Below, one piece after another: positions 24,110-36,059 of a DNA stretch of 64,000 nt. How positions within the stretch are numbered: the first letter of the stretch is position 1; the number at the start of each line of letters is the position of its first letter. The translations under genes were made by a program, and so were the position numbers. The stretch comes from Macrostomum lignano (taxonomy: Eukaryota), in NCBI GenBank assembly GCA_002269645.1, contig NIVC01000099.1, positions 1-64,000 on the forward strand, given 5' to 3'. Below the pieces are notes generated by a model that had not been told where the DNA came from, searched no databases, and was given only the letters and a program-made list of their open reading frames with translations.

Positions 24110-25854
24110 CCGTGTGCGCAAAAGGTATCCGGACAAAATCTTGTTGGCTTTGCTTTCCGAGAGTTTGACATACTCCGGGAATTTAAAGCATCATTTGTAT
24201 AATATGTCTATGGCCCAACTTCTGCCTGGAATTTTAACCCTGATATGCAAAATGGACTCATGCTGTTCATCCTTTTATTTCGAAAGCTTCGTTTTCAATC
24301 CGCGGATTTGCCATCCCAAGTTGTCACAAAATGGCAAGCTATTCCTTGGATCTCAAGAAGCGTGTCGCTACCGACTTGACTTCTGGAATGAGCGTGCGAA
24401 TGTGTGCTGAGAAGTACTCAGTAGGGAAGAGCACCGTCGGTGATTGGAAGAAGCTGCTGGATTCTGGCGACAGCCTGGAACCGAAGGAGAAATCGGGACG
24501 GCCGCGGACAGTCCGGACACCAGACTTCATGGCCAACCTCGAAGCCAAGCGGGCAGAAGACCCAACGAAGACGATGAGGCAAATTGCCCGAGAGGAAGGA
24601 GTGCATGAGAGCAATGTCCGCAATGCATTTCGGGAGATGGGCGTCAGGAGCTTCGTGCAGAGGGAGATCCCCATGCTGAACGCGGATCAGCTGGGGCTTC
24701 GGGTTCAACGGTCACGGAGGCTCCTGAATGACCTCAAGGCCTCTCCCGGAGTTGAAGTCATCTTCTTCACGGATGAAAAGAACTTCACGCAGACACCCTA
24801 CCGGAATCGCAGCTCTTCGCGCGTGCTGGCCAGGAGCAGTGAGGAGCGGGACGCCTTCAACTCGCCACAGATTAAGCACCCGGCAACCATCATGGTCTTC
24901 GGCCTCGTCGCTTCTGATGGCAAGAAAATGCAGCCAATATTTTTTGACAAGGGGTACCGACTGAATGGAGACGGGTACCTTGATGTGCTCCAGAAAGTGC
25001 TGCACTGGATTCGCAGTAACTATCCTGACAGGGTGCGGCCGGATGGCAGTTTTGCAGATGGCTGGAACTTTCGCTTCCAGCAGGACTCTGCTCCAGCACA
25101 CACTCGCAATGACGTGCAGGCCTGGCTCAGCGCTCACTTCGGGCGCAAGCGCGTCTGGCTGAAGGAGGACTGGCCAGCCTACTCACCGGATCTAAATCCC
25201 CTGGATTTTTCGATCTGGAACCAGGTTGACAAGCGGGCCTGCAGAAGCTTCCACACGTCCCTGGACTCGCTGAGATCTGCCATTCATGAGGCTTGGGAAT
25301 CAGAGCTGACTCCGGAATATCTGGTGAGATGCTGCAAAGCGTTTCGTGGTCGTCTTGAGAAGGTGATTGCCCAAGGAGGTTCTCCAATCGTGGATTAAAT
25401 CGAGTCTGGCATGCAGAGCCGCTTGTTGGAACCATTTGAGCAGCACATTTCAGCAAGTGGGCCAGGTGATTGATTCGAGGAAGTCTGACGATCTTGAACT
25501 CTGTTAGAAAAAGCGACCGCTTCTTTAAATTAAGTTTCACTTTTGTTGCTCAATGCCCGCGTTACGTTTCTCTTGTTCGCATTTTAGAAAAAAATCGTTT
25601 TTACGTTGTTAAATCGAACACGAGCTTGAAATTTCGCGATTTACGTCATCTACCTTTAATTAAGCCATTATCACCTTTCCAGGTGAAAATAGACCGACCT
25701 GTTGCATTGGCCACTTTGCTGAAAAACGAGCTACGACAATTTGTTGCATTAAATTGCGATGTGAAAATTCATTGATTTTGGGTACAACACGTGCATATTT
25801 ATCTGTCCTTCTCTGCAACACATGCAAGTGTCCGGATACTTTTTGCGTACCCGG
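24110..25854 (+). mobile_element. Full-length Tc1/mariner (maT-like) DNA transposon
   Basis: ~26-bp TIRs (CCGTGTGCGCAAAAGGTATCCGGACA, 3 mismatches between ends). TA TSD at 24108-09 and 25855-56. Confidence 0.93.
24331..25398 (+). CDS. Intact DDD transposase, 355 aa
   Basis: N-terminal HTH-like region, FFTDEKNF, FQQDSAPAH and WPAYSPDLNPLDF motifs. Confidence 0.95.
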   Translation: MASYSLDLKKRVATDLTSGMSVRMCAEKYSVGKSTVGDWKKLLDSGDSLEPKEKSGRPRTVRTPDFMANLEAKRAEDPTKTMRQIAREEGVHESNVRNAFREMGVRSFVQREIPMLNADQLGLRVQRSRRLLNDLKASPGVEVIFFTDEKNFTQTPYRNRSSSRVLARSSEERDAFNSPQIKHPATIMVFGLVASDGKKMQPIFFDKGYRLNGDGYLDVLQKVLHWIRSNYPDRVRPDGSFADGWNFRFQQDSAPAHTRNDVQAWLSAHFGRKRVWLKEDWPAYSPDLNPLDFSIWNQVDKRACRSFHTSLDSLRSAIHEAWESELTPEYLVRCCKAFRGRLEKVIAQGGSPIVD

Positions 25855-25856
25855 TA

Positions 25857-27375
25857 GGAGTGGAGAGGGGGAGAGGGTAGAGGAGTGGAGAGGGGAAGAG
25901 GGCAGAGGAGTGGAGAGGGGGAGAGGGTATAGGAGTGGAGAGGGGGAGAGGGTAGAGGAGTGGAGAGGGGAAGAGGGCAGAGGAGTGGAGAGGGGGAGAG
26001 GGCAGAGGAGTGGAGAGGGGGAGAGGGTAGAGGAGTGGAGAGGGGAAGAGGGCAAAGGAGTGGAGAGGGGGAGTGGCTAGAGGAGTGGAGAGGGGAAGAG
26101 GGCAGAGGAGTGGAGAGGGGGAGAGGGTAGAGGAGTGGAGAGGGGAAGAGGGCAGAGGAGTGGAGAGGGGGAGAGGCTAGAGGAGTGGAGAGGGGGAGAG
26201 GGTAGAGGAGTGGAGAGGGGAAGAGGGCAGAGGAGTGGAGAGGGGGAGAGGGCAGAGGAGTGGAGAGGGGGAGAGGGTAGAGGAGTGGAGAGGGGAAGAG
26301 GGCAGAGGAGTGGAGAGGGGGAGAGGCTAGAGGAGTGGAGAGGGGAAGAGGGCAGAGGAGTGGAGATGGGGAGAGGGTAGAGGAGTGGAGAGGGGGAGAG
26401 ACTAGAGGAGTGGAGAGGGGGAGAGGCTAGAGGAGTGGAGAGGGGAAGAGGGCAGAGGAGTGGAGAGGGGGAGAGGGCAGAGGAGTGGAGAGGGGGAGAG
26501 ACTAGAGGAGTGGAGAGGGGGAGAGGCTAGAGGAGTGGAGAGGGGGAGAGGCTAGAGGAGTGGAGAGGGGGAGAGACTAGAGGAGTGGAGAGGGGAAGAG
26601 GGCAGAGGAGTGGAGAGGGGAAGAGGGCAGAGGAGTGGAGAGGGGGAGAGGCTAGAGGAGTGGAGAGGGGAAGAGGGCAGAGGAGTGGAGAGGGGGAGAG
26701 GCTAGAGGAGTGGAGAGGGGAAGAGGGCAGAGGAGTGGAGATGGGGAGAGGGTAGAGGAGTGGAGAGGGGGAGAGACTAGAGGAGTGGAGAGGGGGAGAG
26801 GCTAGAGGAGTGGAGAGGGGGAGAGGCTAGAGGAGTGGAGAGGGGAAGAGGGCAGAGGAGTGGAGAGGGGGAGAGGCTAGAGGAGTGGAGAGGGGGAAGA
26901 GGGCAGAGGAGTGGAGAGGGGGAGAGGCTAGAGGAGTGGAGAGGGGAAGAGGGCAGAGGAGTGGAGATGGGGAGAGGGTAGAGGAGTGGAGAGGGAGAGA
27001 GACTAGAGGAGTGGAGAGGGGGAGAGGCTAGAGGAGTGGAGAGGGGAAGAGGGCAGAGGAGTGGAGAGGGGGAGAGGGCAGAGGAGTGGAGAGGGGGAGA
27101 GACTAGAGGAGTGGAGAGGGGGAGAGGCTAGAGGAGTGGAGAGGGGGAGAGGCTAGAGGAGTGGAGAGGGGAGAGACTAGAGGAGTGGAGAGGGGGAGAG
27201 GGCAGAGGAGTGGAGAGGGGGAGAGGGTAGAGGAGTGGAGAGGGGGAGAGGGTAGAGGAGTGGAGAGGGGGAGAGACTAGAGGAGTGGAGAGGGGGAGAG
27301 GCTAGAGGAGTGGAGAGGGGAAGAGGGCAGAGGAGTGGAGAGGGGGAGAGGGCAGAGGAGTGGAGAGGGCAGAGG
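25857..27375. repeat. 25-bp purine-rich satellite (GAGGAGTGGAGAGGGGGAGAGGGTA)n
   Basis: About 60 copies, with a short remnant at ~28630-28710. Confidence 0.95.
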
Positions 27376-29879
27376 AGGGGGGGCAGGATTCAGATAGGAA
27401 AAACAATCCGCCTGCTCGCTACGGCGACCCAGTACATGTTTCATGCATAGCATGCATTCAAACAAAAAATGTGAAAATCCAAAAAAACTAAAACAGCACA
27501 AAAAACAACAAAAAAGCATTTACTCATAAAGAACAGTAAGCAAGCAGTTTAACTACAGTACGCCTTTTAAAGTTAGTATTAGTTTAGTTTAGAAGTAGTC
27601 GGGCTAGATCGGTTTGTCTTTGCTGGAGGGCCAGGCTCAATGGACACCAAGGGCAAGGAGTCGAGCATCAAAGACCGGCAGGAGGAGTCACTGCGCAGCT
27701 GACTGCACCTATGGTCCGCGTCCAGCGTGATAACAGTGAACCGGCGCGCGGGAGATGCGGATGCGGCTTCAGCAAGTCGGCCGGAGGCTGGATGGCGCAA
27801 GTCGACGGGATCGCAGCGTGGTGTCAGGCAAGCTCCAGCAGGTGTTAGCGGCGCCAGTGAGAAAGCCCAGGACATCTCCAGTACGACCGAGAGTCGCGGT
27901 ACAAGGACTTCTGCTGGCGAGGCATTTGCAGCTCGAGCAACAGTGGCAGACAGCGATGACCAAGGCCTCAGCGACATCACCGGTTTTTAACGTCAGCGAG
28001 CGACTTTGGGCTCCAGAGTGCCAATCATCGGGTCGGCTCGCGGATCGGTTGTCCGTCATGTTGGAGTCGAGCAGGAGTCCGGCGCGGTCCATCCGGCCTG
28101 ATCTAATTCATTTTAGTGTATTTTTCGACATTTTTTGGTTCAATTCTTATTTTTTTAATTGGCAATTTGACATTATAAAACTGCTGTTTAACGTTAATGT
28201 TGCAAGGAATTTTTCAAAGTTAAAGTAACATCGGTAGACACTTGTGCGATTTTTTTCGTTGCGTTGCGTCTTTCATCCTGAAGCTGTTGCGTTTTTCATT
28301 TTCCGCGTTTATTTCTCTCGTATTTATCGTCCAAAAATGCGTTTCCTCAATACATTTTCATATGCGTCAAACTCGCTTTTTTCATCGCCGGCAAAAAAAA
28401 TAAAAAAGCAGCCCCTTTCCTGTCATACGAGCTATTCGAATGTCACTAACGCTAAAACTGTTTTTCCTATACCTCGTTGTCGCGTGCATTATCCGCGTTC
28501 ATTCTCATTGCGCCGTCGTACCTGTCAAACTCATCGAATCCAGTCTTTGTTCTTGTGACTCGCCTATTTCAAGGAGGGATGTTGTGCAGTCGTGCCCTTT
28601 TTCGCCCTCGTGCCCCGCCCCAACCCTGGAGGTAGTGGAGAGGGAGACAAAGGAGAAGGAGAGGGTAGAGGAGTGGAGAGGGTAGAGGAGTGGAGAGGGA
28701 GACAAAGGAGACGCGGAGGTCACTGCCGAACCGGTTTAAATATCGGATAAGGCCAGAACTGGCCGCAGAAGCGACCCAATTATAAGATTAGGTCTACAGT
28801 ATGTATCCAGCCCGTTGGGCATCAGAATACACAAGCCAGGTACGAATACAGGCAGTACTGATTCAATCTCCGATATGTGTCGATAATAATTTTATAAACT
28901 ACGGAAAGCACAGCGAAGTGATAAGGAAAGCCCGAATGAGCAACATGATCTCAATGAGCTCGATGAGATTGAAAGGAAGTCAATACAACAAAATAAACAT
29001 TTTACATGTGCTCAGAATTTATTTTATATACTCGAATCGGTGGGTGCTCACGCTCATAGGAATATATATTTAAAATATTACTAAATAGATAACAGGGCAC
29101 GCGAGTAGTATGCTACTAATGTGTAATATTATCGAATTTGTACTAATAAAAACGTGAATAAATATAGGATTACTAATGCTATACAAAGGGCTAACTTCAA
29201 CACATGGCAGATGGAGTGTACTATAAAAGCACAACTGTGAGAGACTTATTTTTCAAAGAGTTTTGATGCCAGGCAGCCACGAAGAATAAAGGGCAGTTCG
29301 ATGCTGCCCGAATATCACAAGGTGAAGGAGACAGATCTTATAGATGGCAGAATTTGACAGCTCATTCTAGTGGGGAAAGTGGCATACTTTGGCAAGCCTA
29401 AATTAAATTACAATGACAAAACTTTCATCAACTGAAAACAGCTTTACTTTACTATCAATTAACAGTGGTATCAGATATTCTTGCGTAAATCTGACTCAGA
29501 AAAACTTTAGAAACTTTCATGCCTACTTGCCTACCCGTTTATCAGTAGGCAGATGAGAAAATTTCGGAAGGGAGCATAAAAATGTACAGTAAATAAGAAA
29601 ACACAAATCATAGTCTTGCACTGACCTGCAGTAATTGAAAAAGTTACGAGAGCAAACAACGGCTAACGGGGAGGCTCGTGCGCATCGGGCGGTGAGCACC
29701 GATGACGTCATGGAGGGTGGGGGCGGGCGGGAAGCTTCAATGTTGTAACAATATGGATATACATATAGACCGATTTCTGCGTTAGCTGATTCATACTATT
29801 GGAAACAAGTTGCGTTTTTATTCAGACGGCTCTGGAAAATAATAGGGAAATGGGAGCCTGCAGGAAACAGAGAAGAGGG

Positions 29880-30245
29880 AAATGAGGAGAGAGGAGCGAA
29901 TAGAGGAGAATAGAGAGGAGAGGAGACGAGAGTAGAGGAGAGAAAAGAGGAGAGGAGAGAGGAGAGGAGAGAGGAGAGGAGAGGAGAGGAGAGAGGAGAG
30001 TAGAGGAGAGAAAAGAGGAGAGGAGAGAGGAGAGGAGAGGAGAGAGGAGAGGAGAGAGGAGAGGAGAGGAGACGAGAGTAGAGGAGAGAAAAGAGGAGAG
30101 GAGAGAGGAGAGGAGAGGAGAGGAGAGCAGAGAGGAGAGTATAGGAGAGCAGAGAGGAGAGGAGACGAGAGTAGAGGAGTGAAAAGAGGAGAGGAGAGTA
30201 GAGGAGAGAAAAGAGGAGAGGAGAGGTGAGGGAGAGGAGAGAAGG
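29880..30245. repeat. (GGAGA)n microsatellite
   Basis: Direct observation. Confidence 0.9.
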
Positions 30246-30904
30246 CTAAGAGCAGGATGGACGGGAACTTGAATCCGGATCGACGAGTTCGGGTTCCAAT
30301 GGTGCCTCCAACACGGTTCGGTATTCCCAAATTTGACTTGCATCGCTCAATGAACAAGACATACATTTAAGATGATGGAGCAGACTATGCATAACAAAGT
30401 TGCTTGCAAGGTTATAACAAATTGAAATGATGTCACAATTTTGGCGGGCGACAACGGTAACTTAACAAAAGGTCACTCCGAGACACGGCTGGGTGTGTGG
30501 CAGATATCTATAGACACATGCAAACGCGCTACTTATTACTGGCAAGCGCCAGTTGAAAAGTAGTGCGCGCGGATATTAGTTGATAAAAAATAATTGTTAC
30601 AAGTGAATAAATTACACGTCTTCAAGTTGAATCTTCGCAAGCGGATAAGCCGGACATCAAGCCAGGGGGCAAAGGGGGTGGGAAATGGAGGAGCCACTAA
30701 AGAAGAAAGTCGCGATTTTTTAGCAAGATGGTGATTAGTGAAGCTGCAAATTTAGCTCGAATGCTCTGTCTCTTTGAATTCATTTTCTGAACTGGAAAAC
30801 TTCAATAGAGAATTGATTTATTTCATGTTTGCATTATTCGAATTATAACAAATACTAAATCCTTGTTGAAGCTCCGCTACCTAGCCAGAACTCAACCCGT
30901 ACTC

Positions 30905-31165
30905 AAGCGAGGGTGAGACAGGGGTGCGACAGGGGTGAGATAGGGTGGAGACAGGGGTAAAGATAATGTGAGACAGGGGTAAGATAGGGTGAGACAGGGG
31001 TAAGATAGGGGTAAGATAGGGGTGAGACAGGGGTAAGATAGGGTGAGACAGGGGTAAGATAGGGGTAAGATAGGGGTGAGACAGGGGTAAGATAGGGTGA
31101 GACAGGGGTAAGATAGGGGTAAGATAGGGGTGAGACAGGGGTAAGATAGGGTGAGACAGGGTGGG
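30905..31165. repeat. G-rich minisatellite (GACAGGGGTAAGATAGGGGTGA-like)
   Basis: Tandem copies just 3' of GRB2. Confidence 0.88.
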
Positions 31166-31253
31166 ACAGTCAAGTAGATCCAATGAGTCAGCACAGCAGT
31201 TGATCACACAGTCAAAGCAGTTCCAGTCTGCACCCCAAGCAGCACGCGCTCGC

Positions 31254-31649
31254 CTAGCTGTAGGGCTGCACATAGTTGTAGGGGAACACGCCGCGCCGCC
31301 CGTCCTCAGTCTCGCCCAGCCACCAACTCTCATCCTCCTTGCCCAGTACAGTGATGACGTCATTCTGACGGAACCGCAGCTCGTCCGGATCCTGCGGATT
31401 GAAGTCGAACAGGGCCACCACCCGCTGCTGGCTGGGCAAGGCGGTGGTCTGGGGTCCGGCCGGGGCGGCCGGGGCGGCCCTGTTCTGGGCAGGGCCTGAG
31501 GGCACCGCTATCGGGTCCACCATGTCGCGCAGCAGCATGTGGCTGTTAGTCTGGCTGATGGAGTTCAGCCTGTGGTATTGGATCATCTGGTTGATGCTGT
31601 CGAACTTTGTAAACCACAGGTAGTACTTGCCGGCCTCGTCTTTTAGCAC
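31254..31649 (-). CDS. GRB2: GRB2 exon 2 (end of SH2, C-terminal SH3)
   Basis: VLKDEAGKYYLWFTKFDSINQMIQYHR; VVALFDFNPQDPDELRFRQND..WWLG..GVFPYNYV. CTAAC branch point plus CAG acceptor. Confidence 0.93.
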   Translation of the reverse strand: MLKDEAGKYYLWFTKFDSINQMIQYHRLNSISQTNSHMLLRDMVDPIAVPSGPAQNRAAPAAPAGPQTTALPSQQRVVALFDFNPQDPDELRFRQNDVITVLGKEDESWWLGETEDGRRGVFPYNYVQPYS

Positions 31650-31714
31650 CTGCGCACGTGGATTGTTTGCGAGGTTAGCGTTGCACTGTACATCGGCCCC
31701 GCTTCGCAGGGGTA

Positions 31715-32285
31715 CAGGGACAAGCTGCGCCAACCCCACTCCGCTGGGGTACAGGGACAAGCTGCGCCAACCCCACTCCGCTGAGGTACAGGGACAAGCT
31801 GCGCCAACCCCACTCCGCAGGGTGCAGGGGCAAGCTGCGCCAACCCCACTCCGCTGGGGTACAGGGACAAGCTGCGCCAACCCCACTCCGCTGGGGTACA
31901 GGGACAAGCTGCGCCAACCCCACTCCACAGGGGTACAGGGACAAGCTGCGCCAACCCCACTCCGCTGGGGTACAGGGACAAGCTGCGCCAACCCCACTCC
32001 GCTGGGGTACAGGGACAAGCTGCGCCAACCCCACTCCACAGGGGTACAGGGACAAGCTGCGCCAACCCCACTCCACAGGGGTACAGGGACAAGCTGCGCC
32101 AACCCCACTCCACAGGGGTACAGGGACAAGCTGCCGCTGCGCCAACCCCACTCCGCTGGGGTACAGGGACAAGCTGCGCCAACCCCACTCCGCAGGTTGC
32201 AGGGACAAGCTGTGCCAACCCCACTCCGCTGGGGTACAGGGACAAGCTGCGCTAACCCCACTCCGCTGGGGTACAGGGACAAGCT
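31715..32285. repeat. 37-bp minisatellite in GRB2 intron
   Basis: (GCTGCGCCAACCCCACTCCGCTGGGGTACAGGGACAA)n, about 15 copies. Confidence 0.95.
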
Positions 32286-32307
32286 GTACCTGCACCAAAC
32301 AACCAAC

Positions 32308-32655
32308 CTTGAAGTGCTGCAGCTGGTTGCCGAATTTGACGCTGATGCTGAAGTCCGGAGCCGTGGTCTCACTGGTGCGCACCAGGAACGCTCCGTCAGG
32401 CTGTATCAGGGTGCCCCGGGCGTCCCGCTTAAGCAGGAGCTCCTCAGCGTGGCTTCTAGTGCAGTTCGGCACGTACCACGAGTGGTCAGCCATGCGAACG
32501 TAGTTGCTGGGCACGAGGCCCGACTGGCCATTCAGCTCGGCCAGGTACCAGCCCGGATCAACGTCCATGCTGAGCACCTTAAGCAGCTGATTTTTGCTAA
32601 ATCTCAATTCGTCACTGTTCGACGGAGTAAAGTCGTGCAGTGCAACGGCTTCCAT
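32308..32655 (-). CDS. GRB2: GRB2 exon 1 (N-terminal SH3, SH2)
   Basis: MEAVALHDF..DELRF..WY..GLVPSNYV..DGAFLVRTSE..DFSISVKFGNQLQHFK, giving SH3-SH2-SH3 architecture. Confidence 0.93.
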
Positions 32656-32844
32656 TGCTCGAGTATTGTTTTCAGTCTTTCTTCATGCAAGCAACATGGT
32701 TAGGATTTGTACTGCTGCAGAGAACACTAAGATCAATGGTGTAAGGCGAATTTCTGTTGCAAACTTCTAATTGCTAATGGCAACAGTTGGTTGGTAAGAA
32801 CAATAGTCTAGTTAGTAATGCAACTGCTAAGAACGGTTTGGTTG

Positions 32845-32995
32845 CTAATGTCACTGGCCTAGTTGGTATGTCACTAGCCTAGTTGCTAATGTCACTGGCC
32901 TAGTTGCTAATGTCACTGGCCTAGTTGCAATTGTCACTGGCCTAGTTGCTAATGTCACTGGCCTAGTTGCTAATGTCACTGGCCTAGTTGCTAAT
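32845..32995. repeat. 21-bp repeat (GGCCTAGTTGCTAATGTCACT)n
   Basis: About 7 copies upstream of GRB2. Confidence 0.85.
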
Positions 32996-33399
32996 GAAAG
33001 CTGTTGGTTGCTAAGGCTTGGCCTAATTATATTCTAAGGCTGGGTTGAATTCAAGAAATGAACCAGGCTGGCAAGGGCGTCAGCGCAGAGTTGCAAACAA
33101 ACAGTTATACGCAGTTTTATTTAGGCCGTTGGTGCTCCGACTCCGAAGTTAATGTAATTAAGAAGCGGCGAGTTTCACTTGGTTACTACTTGTCAGCGTA
33201 AATGCAGCAATAAAGGGAGCCCGAGCCCCCCCCGTCTGACACGCATTTTGAGCCTGACTCCTCAGCTGCAGATAGCAACAATAACAAACTATACTCGATG
33301 TCCATAAAGAGTGTTGCGTATCCTTAAGAACACTCGGTCACCATGCCTACACTGAGCATTGAGTGTTCTTTGTTATCTATTTGTAATCCTGCTCATAAA

Positions 33400-33555
33400 G
33401 AGCATTAAAGGTCAAGAACCTGAACACAAAGAACATTTAAGGTCAAGAACCTGAACACAAAGAACATTTAAGGTCATGAACTCTGCCCATAAAGAACATT
33501 TAAGGTCATGAACTCTGCCCATAAAGAACATTTAAGGTCATGAACCCTGTCATAA
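33400..33555. repeat. 31-32-bp repeat (AAGAACATTTAAGGTCA core)
   Basis: About 5 copies. Confidence 0.8.
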
Positions 33556-33834
33556 AGAAACTCAACTCGCCCTTCAGCTGAACGTCAAGAGGTGTGCAAC
33601 GGCATCTGCTACGAGTCGCACTAGCTAAACACAACCTGCGAAATAGCGGAATTAAAATCGAACTGGAAAAATCATGCCAGTAAAACTACAGAAAAAATAA
33701 CAAAATTAGAACGAAATTTGCATAAAGAGCGGAGCTTTTCCATTGCCGCGTACGGAACTCGAAATGCAGTCCTAGGTATAACGGAATTGCGAATTGGAGA
33801 GGGCAGAGAGAAAGACCGAGTCATTCAGGGCAGG

Positions 33835-33883
33835 CGGGCAGACTGACAGACAGACAGACTGACAGACTGACAGACAGACTGAC

Positions 33884-33934
<51 letters not shown>

Positions 33935-33944
33935 TAGACAGACT

Positions 33945-33999
<55 letters not shown>

Positions 34000-34005
34000 G
34001 CAGAC
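33835..34005. repeat. (GACA)n microsatellite
   Basis: Direct observation. Confidence 0.95.
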
Positions 34006-34064
34006 AGGCAGTTTTTCCAGACCAAAGCCGCTATTCCAGGTAACAAAATTCACAAGCCGTCTCC

Positions 34065-34562
34065 TCAGTGGAAGCCGTTGGCGGGTGCGGCAGCGGGCGC
34101 CGCGGTCACCAGCCCGTTGCCGCCGCCGCTGCCAGACGGTACAGCCGGGTCCGGGAAGTTGGCAGGCGAGTCGTCAATCTGGTCGTAGTGAATGGCGAAC
34201 TCCCGGGCCTGCACAGACCAGCTGTCCGTGTCCCAGCACAGGTAGCGGCCCCGCTCGCCCTCAGCTCCGGACAGCCGCTCGTGCTTGTCGCCTGACCGCG
34301 TCACCCACAGTCTGTCGGCTTTCACCCAGCGCCAGTGCCGCTTGTGCAGCTCCTTGGCGGCGCACAGCTGCAGCCGGTCGCAGGTGCAGGCGTAGAACAT
34401 CCAAAACAGCGTTTCCACGGGCAGCTGGTCCAGCGGGGGCGGCGGCAGGCGGTCCCGGACTTGAAGGCCGACCAGGTACTCCAGCGGGACGGGATGGTCC
34501 GAGTACTGCGGCTTGTGCAGGCAGCAGTCGGACAGGGGCGACGCCAGCAGGGGTGGAGGTCG
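34065..34562 (-). CDS. CNOT2: CNOT2 exon 2 (NOT box); 1-nt deletion in the C-run at 34550-34553
   Basis: [59 protein letters not shown] matches the NOT2/3/5 box. Confidence 0.88.
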   Translation of the reverse strand, partial: RPPPLLASPLSDCCLHKPQYSDHPVPLEYLVGLQVRDRLPPPPLDQLPVETLFWMFYACTCDRLQLCAAKELHKRHWRWVKADRLWVTRSGDKHERLSGAEGERGRYLCWDTDSWSVQAREFAIHYDQIDDSPANFPDPAVPSGSGGGNGLVTAAPAAAPANGFH

Positions 34563-34644
34563 CTGCGGAGCGGCAGAAAGGCTTCTTAATAGAGTTGGGG
34601 ATGCGGGAGGTTAAAAAAACGCAGACTGAGGGCGGCGGCGGTCC

Positions 34645-35685
34645 AGAAACTGAGGATCTGGGAGGCTGGTGGCCCAGCAACTGAGGATCTGGGAGGCTGG
34701 TGGCCCAGCAACTGAGGATCTGGGAGGCTGGCACTGCAACTGAGGATCTGGGAGGCTGGCACTGCAACTGAGGATCTGGGAGGCTGGTGGCCCAGCAACT
34801 GAGGATCTGGGAGGCTGGTGGCCCAGCAACTGAGGATCTGGGAGGCTGGTGGCCCAGCAACTGAGGATCTGGGAGGCTGGCACTGCAACTGAGGATCTGG
34901 GAGGCTGGTGGCCCAGCAACTGAGGATCTGGGAGGCTGGTGGCCCAGCAACTGAGGATCTGGGAGGCTGGCACTGCAACTGAGGATCTGGGAGGCTGGTG
35001 GCCCAGCAACTGAGGATCTGGGAGGCTGGTGGCCCAGCAACTGAGGATCTGGGAGGTTGGTGGCCCAGCAACTGAGGATCTGGGAGGCTGGTGGCCCAGC
35101 AACTGAGGATCTGGGAGGCTGGCCAAGCAACTGAGGATCTGGGAGGCTGGCTCAGCAACTGAGGATCTGGGAGGCTGGCTCAGCAACTGAGGATCTGGGA
35201 GGCTGGCTCAGCAACTGAGGATCTGGGAGGCTGGCTCAGCAACTGAGGATCTGGAAGGCTGGCCCAGCAACTGAGGATCTGGAAGGCTGGCCAAGCAACT
35301 GAGGATCTGGGAGGCTGGCCAAGCAACTGAGGATCTGGGAGGCTGGCCCAGCAACTGAGGATCTGGGAGGCTGGCCCAGCAACTGAGGATCTGGGAGGCT
35401 GGCTCAGCAACTGAGGATCTGGAAGGCTGGCCAAGCAACTGAGGATCTGGGAGGCTGGCCAAGCAACTGAGGATCTGAAAGGCTGGCTCAGTAACTGAGG
35501 ATCTGAAAGGCTGGCTCAGTAACTGAGGATCTGGGAGGCTGGCCAAGCAACTGAGGATCTGGGAGGCTGGCCCACCAACTGAGGATCTGGGAGGCTGGCC
35601 CAACAACTGAGGATCTGGGAGGCTGGCCCAGCAACTGACACTCTGGGAGGCTGGCCAAGCAACTGAGGATCTGGGAGGCTGGCGG
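34645..35685. repeat. 28/31-bp minisatellite (CTGAGGATCTGGGAGGCTGGTGGCCCAGCAA)n in CNOT2 intron
   Basis: About 35 copies; the 31-bp units give way to 28-bp units near 35100. Confidence 0.95.
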
Positions 35686-36059
35686 TCTTGCACTGATGGT
35701 TCACATGCACGACAAAGGGGCAGGTGTAATACTTGGATTAATAAACTACTCTTAATGCATATTAGACGCACAGTTATTTACAACTTGCATACAAAAATAC
35801 TTTCACGCAGTCAAGGCCATCCATCCGCATCTGAAGGAAGTTCTACACAGCCCTATAGTCTAGAAGGTAAACTTAGAATAGAAATCAGACAGACATACAC
35901 ACCAGTAAAAAGGCCCACGAGAAAACTGCAGTGCAGCTGCAGCCTTGGGGTGGGCGGCTGGCTCGGGCGCAAGGCACTTACTTCCTCTCGCTGCTGCAGT
36001 GCGCGAACTGACATTGCTGGGGTGTACCTTCACACTGACAGTGGCATGCGCTGCGACCT

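Noticed and set aside
27579-28228. GC-rich island with overlapping ORFs between satellite remnants
   Set aside because: Possibly an inserted element, but I found no TIR, TSD or recognisable protein motif.
29660-29740. TGACGTCA (CRE) plus GC boxes
   Set aside because: No linked gene start nearby; short motifs occur by chance.
452-34565. Programmed frameshifting as the explanation for the RTF1, TRIP11 and CNOT2 shifts
   Set aside because: No slippery heptamers, and all three are 1-nt homopolymer deletions typical of sequencing error.
34645-35100. Repeated GCTGGTGG (E. coli Chi) in a minisatellite
   Set aside because: Chi acts through bacterial RecBCD; G-rich minisatellite cores resemble it by chance.
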